Assembly (NCBI RefSeq): GCF_001194135.2 | Contig: NC_068993.1 | Location: 36,559,374-36,623,373, forward strand | From: Octopus bimaculoides | Taxonomy: Eukaryota | Length of the DNA: 64,000 nt | Direction: 5' to 3' | Shown: positions 11,414-23,177 of the stretch, piece by piece | Position numbering within the stretch: the stretch's first letter is position 1 | Layout: every line of letters begins with the position of its first letter | Made by a program: the position numbers and the translations under genes | Notes under the pieces: generated by a model | Told to the model about the DNA's origin: nothing | What the model saw: the letters and a program-made list of their open reading frames with translations, nothing else | Database searches by the model: none

Positions 11414-12336
11414 ATAAAAAATAATAATAATAATAAGGCAGAATGCTAAACTGAAAGCATATTTTAATATAGATGTGTATAAGGATTAAAAAGGATTTCT
11501 AACAGGCTTTCATTGCATGGCAAATTTTCAAGAAGAGTGGAAATGAAAATAATGTTTTTTACAAAAATATAAAAAATATATAAAAAAATAAGTATACCAA
11601 TACATTATATTGTCTTTGAGTTTTTAAAGTTCAATGGTAATCCATGTAGATAATTGTTAGATAGATTAGGATGCATGGAATTAAGAATCATGTGTTTAAA
11701 AAAGGCTGAGAGTTTATGTGTTAAACAGGAAGTGTGGTGTCAAAACAGGAAGTATGTTTAAGGAAAGACAATTCTGTGGGTTTTACATTCTTTACTTGGA
11801 GTTCTGGACTCTTTGTCAACAGGAAGTTTATGTCTGTTCTTAGAGAAACAAGAAGTAAATTTATATGTATTCTCTTGCCTACCCATTGAAATACATATAA
11901 ATTTACTTCTTGTTTCTCTAAGAACAGACATAAACTTCCTGTTGACAAAGAGTCCAGAACTCCAACTAAAAGGTATAAAACCCACAGAATTGTCTTCCCT
12001 TACACACACTTCCTGTTTAACACAAACTCTCAGCCTTTTTTAAACACAACACGATTCTTAATTCCATGCATCCTAATCTATCTAAGAATTATCTACATGG
12101 ATTACCATTGAACTTTAAAAACTTAAAGACAATATAATGTATTGGTATATTTATTTTTTAATATATTTTTTATATTTTTGTAAAAAACATTATTTTCATT
12201 TCCCCTCTTCTTGAAAATTTGCCATGCAATGAAAGCCAGTTAGAAATCCTTTTTAATCCTCCTTATACACATCTATATTAAAATATGCTTTCAGTTTAGA
12301 ATTTTGCCTTATCATTATTATTATTTTTTATTTTCC
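11409..12336. mobile_element. Foldback/long-TIR non-autonomous DNA element (928-bp palindrome) flanked by TA
   Basis: 11409-11871 is the reverse complement of 11890-12336 with scattered substitutions and indels; 18-nt loop at 11872-11889; TA at 11407-11408 and 12337-12338. Confidence 0.9.
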
Positions 12337-12395
12337 TATTATTTCTCCACGTGCGGTTAACACAACTCCACCATTTACTGACTTATATATATATA

Positions 12396-12560
12396 GTTGA
12401 AATTTACAAAAAAACAAAAGACGAAGACAGGTGTATAAACAACAAGCAGGTGTATTAGTTTGGAAAGGTGTGAAAGTTTTTTATGTTTTGAGCTTATGCT
12501 CTTCAAGAGAAAGGAACACACAGAAATAAAGAGAGATATAAATAAATAAACGAGAATCCA
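12396..12560 (-). mobile_element. Penelope-like terminal fragment (more diverged)
   Basis: Follows (TA)n; homologous to 1285-1450. Confidence 0.5.
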
Positions 12561-13298
12561 AGAAAACTATTGATGGTCCTCTAAGTGTGTGTGTGTGTGT
12601 ATACACACACACACTACACACATACATATCTATCATACACAGAAACCACACATGTAATGGTATCTGGTATCTTACATAAGCACAGCAAGTTTACAGGAGT
12701 GACAAAAATGGGAAGCTGTGATGGTCATGAGTGAGTGAGGTGAAGCAGTTAGTTTCCAAGGGGAAACCAAAACTAGGTCATTGTCACAGTTCAATGATTA
12801 CTGCTGATGTAATGGTGCCTTGCTACACAACATTCTAAATATAATGAGAAAGCCAGTTTAGATAGTTACCAGACAGTTTTTGCAGTAGAGCAAGATAGGT
12901 TCATTATACAATGTGAGAGGAAAGTTTATTCTAATTTTCTGAAAAACAGATTTTCAATGGAATGTTTGACAAATGATGTGTGTGTGTTGGAGGGTGGGGA
13001 GTGATTATAACAGGACATTGGAGTAAATATCTTGTGACAAGAGCAACATTTTGGCACCCAATCACCTAGCTTCTGGTGGCTTAGTAGTTAGGATGTTGCA
13101 CTTACAACTGCAAGATAGTGATTTTCATTCCTGACTGGCGTTGTTTTGTTCTTTAGCGAAACACTTCATTTTGTGTTGCTCATTTCGTTATCTGACATGT
13201 GACACATTATGCACCTGTAAAGGTAATGTTGAGATCCAGTAAAACATTACAGAACCCTCATATATCGTCTGATGATGGGAGAGTCTATGATAAAATAA

Positions 13299-13331
<33 letters not shown>

Positions 13332-13337
13332 ATATTT

Positions 13338-13527
13338 TATTTGTTTCAGTCATTTGACTGTGGCAATGCTGGAGCACCTCCTTTAGACCTTTAGTCGAAC
13401 AAATTGACCCCAGGATTTAATCTTTGTAAGCCTAGTACTTATTCTTTTGCTGAACTGCTAAGGGTATGTAAACACACAAACATCAGTTGGCAAGTGATGG
13501 TGTGGGGACAAACACGACACAAACATA

Positions 13528-13605
<78 letters not shown>

Positions 13606-13762
13606 ATGGGTTTCTTTCAGTTTCTGTCTACCAAATCCACTTACAAGGCTTTGCTTGGCCCGAGGCTATAGTAGAAGACACTTGCCCAAGGTGCCATGCA
13701 GTGGGACTGAACCCAGAACCATGTGGTTGAGAAGCAAGCTTCTTACCACACAGCCACATCTG

Positions 13763-13766
<4 letters not shown>
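13338..13766 (-). mobile_element. SINE family A, near full length
   Basis: Tail, internal (TA)n and tRNA head all present in reverse orientation. Confidence 0.9.
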
Positions 13767-13794
<28 letters not shown>

Positions 13795-13800
<6 letters not shown>

Positions 13801-13975
13801 TCAGGACTTGATGTTTGTCTCCCATGCTGGCATGGCTTGGGTAGTTTGATTGGATCTGACAGTTCAGAGGACTGTGTTGTGCTTTGACCTCTGCTTTGGC
13901 ATGGTTTCTTCAGCCAGATGCCCTTCCTAATGCTAACTACTTTACGAAGTGTACTAGGTGCATTTTCATTTTATC
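13795..13975 (-). mobile_element. RTE-LINE 3'UTR-derived fragment
   Basis: GATGCCCTTCCTAATGCTAAC motif shared with the 3'UTR at 51540-51760. Confidence 0.7.
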
Positions 13976-14514
13976 GGCACAAGTAAGATGTCAAAGGAGT
14001 TATCAAAAAAGATCTCTTGATGGAGAAGAGTGCAGTAAAGATTGGGGTGGCTTTATGCTAGATGTTGGGAGGCAAGAAATGCCATTGCAGGATAGGAACA
14101 GATGTCTAAGGTTAGCAGAGGCACAAGGCTACCCCATGTGGAAAGAGAGGGAAGAGTTATATATGCTAGGAATTGAAAGGCAGTGCGAGGTGATTGGGCA
14201 CTAAAAATGTTGCCCTTGTCACAAAATATTTACTCCAATGTCTTGTTATAATCACTCCCCACCCTCTGACACAAACACACACACCATATGTCAAACATTT
14301 CATTAAAAAGTAGAAAATTATATACAGTACATACTTATTCACCATGGTAGTTGGTGAACATGTCATCTTCTAGTTTTTACCTTGCATGTTTATGTGTTTA
14401 AAATTTACCTGATGTTGGAAGGTTTTTGCTGCGATGTAATCAAAGAATGCATCAATAAAGTGCAGCTGAAACAGCTGCTGTGAATTTTAAACCCCATTTG
14501 TGTTCTTATATATA

Positions 14515-14644
14515 TGTTGGTGTTAGTAAGGGCATTCAGCTGTAGAAACCATGCCAAATCAGACTGGAGTCTGGTGCAGCCTTCCAGCCGTGGTCAAACC
14601 ATCCAACCCATGCCAGCATGGACAATGGACACTAAATGGTGATG

Positions 14645-14648
<4 letters not shown>
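14515..14648 (+). mobile_element. RTE-LINE 3'UTR-derived fragment with (GAT)n tail
   Basis: AAGGGCAT-CAGCTGTAGAAAC…CCAACCCATGCCAGCATGG…GATGATGAT. Confidence 0.75.
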
Positions 14649-14730
<82 letters not shown>

Positions 14731-14919
14731 TACACACCATATATTTAGCTAAAAAATGAGTAACAATCCCCTTTGGTCATGAATGAGCATGGGATTGCAC
14801 CCAGAAAGTTCCCCTGTGAGGCACAAGTCCAGACAAGGTTGTTTATGGAAGACCAGCAGTTGCTGATGCATACCAGTTTCCCCTCTCCATGCCACTGATG
14901 TTATCCAAGGGAAAGACAA

Positions 14920-15085
14920 ACGCCAATACAGCTTGGCACCAGTGATGTCAGCTGAGTAAACTGGAGCAATGTGAAATAAAGTGTCTAGCTCAAGAAAACA
15001 ACACACAGCCTGGTCCAGGAACTGAACTCACTACCTCATGATTGTAAGTAAGCCTGATACTCTAACCACTGAGCCACGTGCTTTC
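14920..15085 (-). mobile_element. SINE family C copy
   Basis: Minus-strand head GGCTCAGTGGTTAGAG, B box GTTCAGTTCC and GTGTGTTGTTTTCTTGAGC core. Confidence 0.7.
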
Positions 15086-15503
15086 ATATGTATAGATATA
15101 GCACCAGAAAGTGGCAGAAGGGTTTCAAAGTGAAATTGTGGCAGGCACAAATAAATACATGGTAGCAGTGATTTTAGGAAAAAGTGATGCTAATGGCCAA
15201 AGATGGCAGCTGTGGTGGTAGTGGTAACAGAGGTGGTGATATTGAGGTAGTAGTGATGATAGAAGTAGTGGTAGTGTTGTAGTGGTAATGACGGTAATGA
15301 TGATGGTGGTGGTGGTGGTGGTGGTGCCAGCAATGGAAATGGTTGGAGTGATGGTAAGGGTGAAGATGATAAGTGTAAATAAAACATTGAAGGGAATAAT
15401 TTTGAATGTCGAAATAATTTCCCAAGATTCAGTATATGTAACGAGGGGCGGGGGGGGGGGGNNNNNNNNNNNNNNNNAAAGAGAGAGAAATAAAGGAAGA
15501 ATG

Positions 15504-15550
<47 letters not shown>

Positions 15551-16183
15551 AAGATGGATAGAAACCAGTAATTCCTCTGAGTATAACATTTAGAGAGTTT
15601 AGGCTTTGGGTGACTGGGAGGGTATTTAGAGAGGACAGGAGGAAACTTGGGAATTACCATAGAAAGAACAGACACCACCACTGCCAGACATGAGGAACAG
15701 ATATTCAGTGGTGGAGTCGGGGGGAGGGGGGATGTAATGCAACCTGAAGGTGGTGTGAGAGGAAGGGTAAGCATGGGGTAGATGGGAAAGTGAAGGCAAG
15801 GGTGGGTGGGATGCAAGTGAGCTTAGTGTGGGAAAAGAAATCAGCGCAAGACTGAGCCAAATGTCAGAGTAATTGATTTTAGTCGTTTCAATTTGGTTTC
15901 TGAGTATGATAGTTAACACCATTTCACACACACATTTAGCTCTTACATTGCTTGTAGCACAGGCATTAGAATGAAGTAGGAAGGAATAGGGGCAGGGTAT
16001 GGATTTTCAGCAAAATAAATAAATAAATAAATAAATAAAAATAAAAAAACACAGAAAAGTCAGTGTAAATAAAATAAAAAATAAAATGAAACAAAACTAT
16101 ATATTCAAAAACAATTTGGTTACGGAGCTACAGTTTATATGTGGTGAGGAAACAGAGGATCTATGGGGGCCTTAATAGCTTAA

Positions 16184-16381
16184 CCCTTTAGCATTCAGAT
16201 TATTCTGTTAAATGTAATGCTTATTTATTCACATTGCCATTATCTTGTAGTTTACTATATGATTGTTTATAGTTAGGATGACATTGTAGAGTAGGTATGA
16301 GAGGCCAGACCTGGCCAGTTTGAACATAATAAAACAGGTAGAATATTTGGGCTGGATATGGCCAGTTTAAATGTTAAAGGG
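16184..16381 (+). mobile_element. piggyBac-type MITE family E (198 bp)
   Basis: TTAA|CCCTTTAGCATT…AATGTTAAAGGG|TTAA terminal inverted repeats with TTAA target duplication. Confidence 0.85.
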
Positions 16382-16517
16382 TTAAAAGAGAATCTAAGAT
16401 ACAGTTTATATATGATGTGGGGTAACTGAGTATCTATGGAAACCAGGCATAGTTTATATGTGGTGAGGTAACAGTATCTATTGAGTCTCAGAAGTTTATA
16501 GGAGAGTTCTTAGAAGG

Positions 16518-16913
16518 TTACTCTTTTACTTGTTTCAGTCATTTGACTGTGGCCATGCTGGGGCACCGCCTTTAGTCGAGCAAATCGACCCCAGGACTTA
16601 CTCTTTGTAAGCCTAGTACTTATTCTATAGGTCTCTTTTACCGAACCGCTAAGTTACGGAGACGTAAACACACCAGCATCGGTTGTCAAGCGATGTTGGG
16701 GGGGGGGGACAAACACAGACACACATACATACACACATATATATATACATATATATAACGGGCTTCTTTCAGTTTCTGCCTACCAAATTCACTCATAAGG
16801 CTTTGGTTGGCCCGAGGCTATAGTAGAAGACACTTGCTCAAGGTGCTATGCAGTGGGACTGAACCCAAAACCATGTCGTTCGTAAGCAAGCTACTTACCA
16901 CACAACCACTCCT
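16518..16913 (-). mobile_element. SINE family A, full length
   Basis: Reverse complement of the family A consensus. Confidence 0.9.
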
Positions 16914-17086
16914 AACTTTCATTGCTGTGACATGTCTAACTTGCTCATTAAATAGAGAACAACAAAGTCGTCAGCTTTTACTGGTAATAAGCCAGGTCAA
17001 TACAGTATCAGAAGCCAAAGAAACATTTAAAGTTACTAAGCTACATTTTTAAAGCACACACACACACATATATATACATATCTTTT

Positions 17087-17441
17087 ATCTTTTACTTGTT
17101 TCAGTTATTAGACTGCGGTCATACTGGGGCACCACCTTGAAGTATTTGAGTCAAACTAAGTCTGGTACTTATATCTGTCTCTTTTGTCAAACCACTAAGT
17201 TACGGGGACATAAACACACCAACATCAGTTGTGAAACGGTGGGAAGAGGGGGACAAACATGAACACACACACACACACACACACACAGACTTTTTTCAGT
17301 TTCTTTCTACCAAATCCACTCACAAGGCTTTGAATGACCCGAGGCTATAGTAGTAGAAGACACTTGCCCAAAGTGCCACGCAGTGGGACTGAACCCAGAA
17401 CCATATAATTGGGTAGAAAACTTCCTACCATGCAGCCATGC
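17087..17441 (-). mobile_element. SINE family A
   Basis: Reverse complement of the family A consensus. Confidence 0.85.
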
Positions 17442-17444
17442 CTG

Positions 17445-17822
17445 TCATATTTTAGCATCCACTTTTCCATGCTTGCAGGGATGCAATGGAATTTGTTGAG
17501 GCAGATTTTCTACAGCTGGATGCCCTTCCTGTTGCCAACCCCTGCCTATTTCCAAATAAGGAAATATATCTTTTACCATGGCTATATGCTTTCACAGAAA
17601 ATTGGAGATGAACAATACTGCTTGCATATGTATATTGCATATATATATTGTAAAAAGCACCCAGTGCATTCTGTGAAGTGGTTGGCATTAGGAAGGGCAT
17701 CAAGCCATAGAAACCAAACCAAAACAGACCATGGAACCTAGTGTGGGCCCTGGACTTGCCAGTTTCTGTCAAGCCATTCAACCCATGCCAGCATGGAAAA
17801 TGGACATTTGATGATGATATAT
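17445..17822. mobile_element. Two RTE 3'UTR-derived fragments in inverted orientation
   Basis: Minus copy at 17445-17630 and plus copy at 17660-17822 ending in GATGATGAT. Confidence 0.7.
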
Positions 17823-17893
17823 ATTCATACAACTGTTTTTTTCAGTTTTCATCCACCAAAAAATGGAATTTAGATAAACTATCACAGAGATTC

Positions 17894-18177
17894 AAAGTTT
17901 GATCATTTTTAGCCAATCAGAAAACAACTCAGAAGCCGGCATTTTCTGCATGATAGTTGACAGACGCAAAGTGATTCTCATCAAAATTTATAGTGATGGT
18001 TGCAATGATGAAAGTGTTACAGTGATGCATATACAGCATTCTGGTTACAATGAAAACAGAGCAGACTACAGCTTTGCTTGTCACCATGGAGACAGACACC
18101 AATGTGAGATATATGGTCATGTGTATGTACAATGGGGGCTTTTGATTGGCTAAAATTATCCAGTATTTGAAAACTTT
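17894..18177. mobile_element. Short element with imperfect CCAAT-containing terminal inverted repeats (MITE-like)
   Basis: TTTTAGCCAATCAGAAA at 17907 versus TTTTGATTGGCTAAAA at 18140; outer AAAGTTT/AAACTTT. Confidence 0.5.
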
Positions 18178-18670
18178 AAAAATTACTAACATTTATTTGA
18201 TAATTTATGGCAAAAATTAATTTAATTTCATAATTAGCATACAAACCAAATAGGTATAAATAACCAAATTTAAAAACAATCAGAAGAAAATTGAAAAGAA
18301 AAAAAAATACAAAATCTGTGACAGGAACCATAAAGATCCTAAAAGAATTTCGGTCTGACTTTTACCTGAAATGTCTTAGGTTAATTATGATTAGGAGATT
18401 AAATGGGCAAAAGATAAACTTGGACATATTTTAGGTAAATTAGTGTAAATGCATAAACCCTGTAGGTGCACAGAGAGGGTTTTGAACAGGCATATGTTTA
18501 CATCATAATGTGAGATGTCATCATGACCCATTGGAGTACTCCAATTCTAAGGTACCCTAATGTTTGGTTGTGTCACCCACATTTTATTCTATACTGTAAC
18601 AGCCCACTTGATGACCCCTTCAACATCTGGTCCTATGTAGATGATACATTACATTTCTCTTTAAACTTCT

Positions 18671-18918
18671 ACACACAAGCATCAACCACCTGAAGCCTAT
18701 ACATACAGGCAACACACAAGCACCAAACACCTGCAGTCTATACAGAGAGGCCACACACAAGCACCAACCACTTGTAGCCTATGCATACAAACCAATCATA
18801 AGCACAGCACCAACCACCTGCAACCTATAAATACAAGCCACACACAAGCACCAACCACCTGCTGCCTGTGCATATAGGTCACATACAAGCACTAGCCAAT
18901 ACAAACTATACATACAGG
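18671..18918 (+). repeat. ~41-bp minisatellite, 6 degenerate units
   Basis: Unit ACACACAAGCACCAACCACCTGCAGCCTATACATACAGGC(C); starts at 18671, 18712, 18753, ~18800, 18840 and 18881. Confidence 0.85.
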
Positions 18919-19305
18919 TGCAGCTGTGGCTGTGTGGTAAGAAGCTTGCTTCCCAACCACATGGCTCTGGGTTCAGTCCCACTGTAAAGCACCTTGGGTA
19001 AATGTCTTCTACTATAGCCACAGGCTAACCAAAGCCTTGTGAGTGGATTTGGTAGACAGAAACTGAAAGAAGCCCATCATATATGTATGTATTTTGTGTC
19101 TGTGTTTGTCCCCACCACCCCATCACTTGACAACTGATGTTGGCGTCTTTATGTCCCCATAACTTAGTGGTTACGCAAAAGAGAACGATAGAATAAGTAC
19201 TAGGCTTACAAAGAATAAGTCCTGGGGTCAATTTGTTTGACTAAAGACGGTGCTCCAGCATGGCCACAGCCAAATTACTGAAACAAGGAAAAGAATAAAA
19301 GAATA
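18916..19305 (+). mobile_element. SINE family A, full length
   Basis: tRNA head, core and tail present. Confidence 0.9.
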
Positions 19306-21179
19306 CACTTCACATACAAGTATCAACCACATGCAGCCTTTCTACCTCACACTTAATTCTGTATGAACAAAGACATCAAGAAGATCCTGAACTGAGAAAG
19401 TGGGGTGTCATGCTAATCTTATCCCCTTCAACATTAAAAGACACAATCAAGAAAAATATATCACACCTACCTCTCTAAACACAAATATTCCACAACAATA
19501 ACCATGAAGATCACTACAAACATTAGGCTACATTATCACTAGGTACCTGTCGAAGGCCACACTTAGGGGTCAAAGAACAGAAGGTGGTCTTATAGCTAAT
19601 GCATTCAAGACTTGAGGAGGGATGGTTCCTAGACATGTGTCACAAAGGCCCACTGGCGTTTGAACATGCTCTGATGTCATGGGAACCAATCCTTCTGACT
19701 AAGGGTTCAACAGGCCTTGTACCTCAAGGATAAGTTTAGAAAAGCAGGTAACTAGCACAATAAGCAATAAATAAACTAGCAAAATTCAAGAGAATTACTG
19801 CTGTACCTTTTCTTAAAAAAAAAATTCTACAGACTTTTGCATGGCAGTTCATGATTACCAATATCTGTAGATTTGCTGCTTGCAAAATAAAAATCTTAGT
19901 AACAACTGCAGTTCCCCTTGAGGGCCAGAAAATTCTTCACCTGATTCAGAAACACACAGCTGCATCTATTCCAGGTGGCATCTAAAGAAAATTCACCTGA
20001 CTGGTTGATATAAAGTTAGTCACCAACATACTCCAACCGCTGACCCACAGATGTACTGTATCTCCTCATTCTGACCTTTCTACCACTACAACAATGGCCT
20101 TTGCTCATCTGAGCTAGCTAGTCTTAGATCAACCCTACTCAGATGTTCCCTTCTCCCTCATCTCTCATCAGCCATATTGCCACTCCTTTCCTTACAAATT
20201 ATACCAGCCACATAGGCAGTCCTTCTTCCCAGAATGTTAGCCCTCTGGAACTCTTCCCTTGCATATGTTTTATTTTTTGTATCTTACTCAGCTACGGTCT
20301 CAGCTTCATCCAAATGAACATCATCATTCATGCTTGCATAGATCAGATAGAATTTATTGAGGCTAATTTTCAACAGCTGGATACCTTTCATGTCATCAAT
20401 CCTCACCTCTTTCCAACCATGGTAATATTTCCCATGGCCAGACATATTTTCACAAAAGATTGGAAACTTATGACACTGCTTGTTTGACAGTGACACTTGT
20501 TCACATCTTTTCTATGATGTCAAGACTAGGATACACAAACACATAAATACATATATGTGTATGGCAAAAGGTCACACACAGATACACTCAAATCTCTGGC
20601 CTACAGGCACATTGCTCCCTCTCTACCACTCCTATGATGTCTGTTCCTTGAAGTTAGCTAGACTCATTCCACTCATCAATCCTTATTGTCATACTTTTCA
20701 AGCCCTGCACTAATCACTATGTCCAGATTTTTCTTATCTGTTACTCTAATAATTCTTTGAAACCCCCCACCCCTACTCTGTGTTTTTTCTTTTTATCCTA
20801 AAAAGATGAGAAGCAAAGTGGACCTCAGCAGGGTTTGAACTCAAGCTGCATAAAATCACAACAAAAACTGCAAAGTTCTTCATCCAATAACTAACAATTC
20901 TGCCAATTTGCCACCTGAATGATACAATGGCAAACAAACAAAAATATTGGCTATAAAATATTTACAGAAAGATTGTAAGAGCCCATAGAAGGTAAAACTA
21001 ATATGATAAGTATGCCCATACAAGACATTGGTCAGCAGAAGGTCATAGTAAGAGACACTTACCCCAAGTGCCATGCAGTGGGATCTAACTGGAAGCCACA
21101 TGGTTGAGAAACAAACTTCTTAATAACACAACCTATTATTATTCTTATTATTAATCCATTCATCCACCCACCTTCTCTG

Positions 21180-22420
21180 TTCTATTTCTATGAGGATTGT
21201 TGGTGTAGAGGTTCTCAAGAACCTTCTTTATAGGGTCCTAACCATCTTGTTCTTGGCCTTCCCCTAAGTCTCTGTCTGGTTGGTTCAACTTGAAGAATCT
21301 GTTTGCAATTCTTTCCTGCAAAATTCTAATCACTTGTGCTCTCAATACTGAGAAGTAGCAGCTCAACCTGGAGAGAGACTCTCTAATTGCCAAGTTACAT
21401 TAAACCAGAGATCTTCCAAAGGAATCCTATTTCAGCTGCTTGTATCTGTGACTGTACTCTTTCAGTCATTATCCAACACTCATGACCATAGGAAAGGTGA
21501 GGAGCATAATGCAAATTGAAGATAGCAAGTTTGACTTTTTGACCAACCTGTCCTCTTTCGAGGATTGAATCCTGAAGCTAGTACTTAACTGTACCAGCAC
21601 CTGCAATTCTAACACCTGCTTCCCATCACATATGAATATGGGCCCAAGACACTTAAACCTTCACACTTATCTCAGTGATGTTCCACTAGTATGCAGAGTG
21701 CACTGGGAACACTTTCTTGAGAGGAACAGTGTCTCAGTCACAACAACACTTATTTTCATAACAGCCTTCAGCACTCAGCAATGAACCCATTCAGTGCTTG
21801 CTGGAGATCATCTTCTGATGAGCCAAGTAACACTATGTCATCCGCAAATATCACCCAACTGATCCTACACCTACAGATTGTAACACAACTTCTACTTCCA
21901 CAACAGCTGCACATGTCAACCCAGTTCATAAAAACTATGAAAAAGAGAGTTGACAATACATATTCTCAGCAAAGTCCAGCACCCAATTTGAAAGGTTTCA
22001 ACTTAGATCCATTTACCCAAATATCTGGGCTTTACAATAACCAGTAGTTGCCCATTAATCTTAAACTCCTGCAAACCTCTCCATAGTAAGTCTCACAGCA
22101 TGCACTTACATGCCTTCATGAGGTCTACAAAGCAAGGGTACACCTCTTGACAATATTCCCACGATTTCTCAAAGCCTTGCCATACAGTTAATTGAGCTTA
22201 CATCCAAGACAGAAGCCACACTGTTCTTCAGCAAGCTTGGGCTCAACAATTTTCCTATATCTCGTCTGCAAACACCTAGCACAGACATTAGCAGGGAGGC
22301 TCAACAAGGAGATTTATCTAATTCTAGAAGAATCATAGAGTAAAGTTTACTTTACAATCCCACAATCCCATGTCTCATCTCAGTGCATGACACCAGGAGG
22401 CCCAAGTATCATCTACCATA
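21180..22420 (-). mobile_element. RTE-clade LINE ORF2 fragment, degenerate
   Basis: Minus-strand translations include YPCFVDLMKA (FVDxxKAFD motif), LSTLFFIVFMNWVD, IFADDIVLL (RT catalytic motif) and RLRGRPRTRW (RTE C-terminal motif), with stops and frameshifts. Confidence 0.85.
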
Positions 22421-22699
22421 GCCTCAGATATATGCCTTGTGATTGAAACTGGGTAGGCAAAAAACTAGTGGGGGGCACTAGGGATAAACTGTACCTATTC
22501 TTGAGGTGGTAAACTAAATTAGTTTTTCCTTGTTTAACACCAGACTTGGACCCAGGAGCTCTAGTGAGCCCACACTGTTGCAAGCATTCAAACCAGGCCT
22601 TCAAATAACGACTATGACAGTTACAACATTCCAATGTTTCCTCTTTGATAAATTTATTCATCAGAATTACAGATAAGGTGTGAATGAGGGAGGGGAGGA

Positions 22700-22880
22700 G
22701 TTACTGTCATTACCATTCTTATGATCATCATCATCATCATCATTAGTGTCATCACTGTAGACACAACCATCATCATCAACACTACTACCCCCACCACTAT
22801 AAGCACTATGATTATTTGAACAATCACAACAACCATCATCATCACTGCAGCCATCACCACCACCACCATCATCACCTCCT
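22700..22880. repeat. (CAT)n/(CAC)n low-complexity trinucleotide tract
   Basis: Directly visible. Confidence 0.85.
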
Positions 22881-23135
22881 CAACCATCCCCCTTTTTATT
22901 TCCCAATCAATTTACTCTCTCTAAACCTTGACATACAACAGGAAGTGTTGATATGCTGCTGTTCTGTCATCCCAGTCTCTGTCTTGTCATCATCCGATGA
23001 CATTTCATTCAGTTTGTCACCACCACCATGTCCCACTCCTGTTTCTCCAACAGTCATAGTCTCCACTCCATATCATGCTATAATAATGATACCCCACCCC
23101 ACTACCACACACACACACACTCTCTCACTCACTCA

Positions 23136-23177
<42 letters not shown>

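Noticed and set aside
11721-12043. Two opposite-strand ORFs starting MSTGSLCLFLEKQEVNLYVF
   Set aside because: Artefact of the palindrome; no coding signal.
14409-14465. 57-nt candidate cassette exon with a CAG|GTAAAT donor on the minus strand
   Set aside because: Weak polypyrimidine tract and a stop codon in the required phase-1 frame. It could only be a poison exon and has no supporting evidence.
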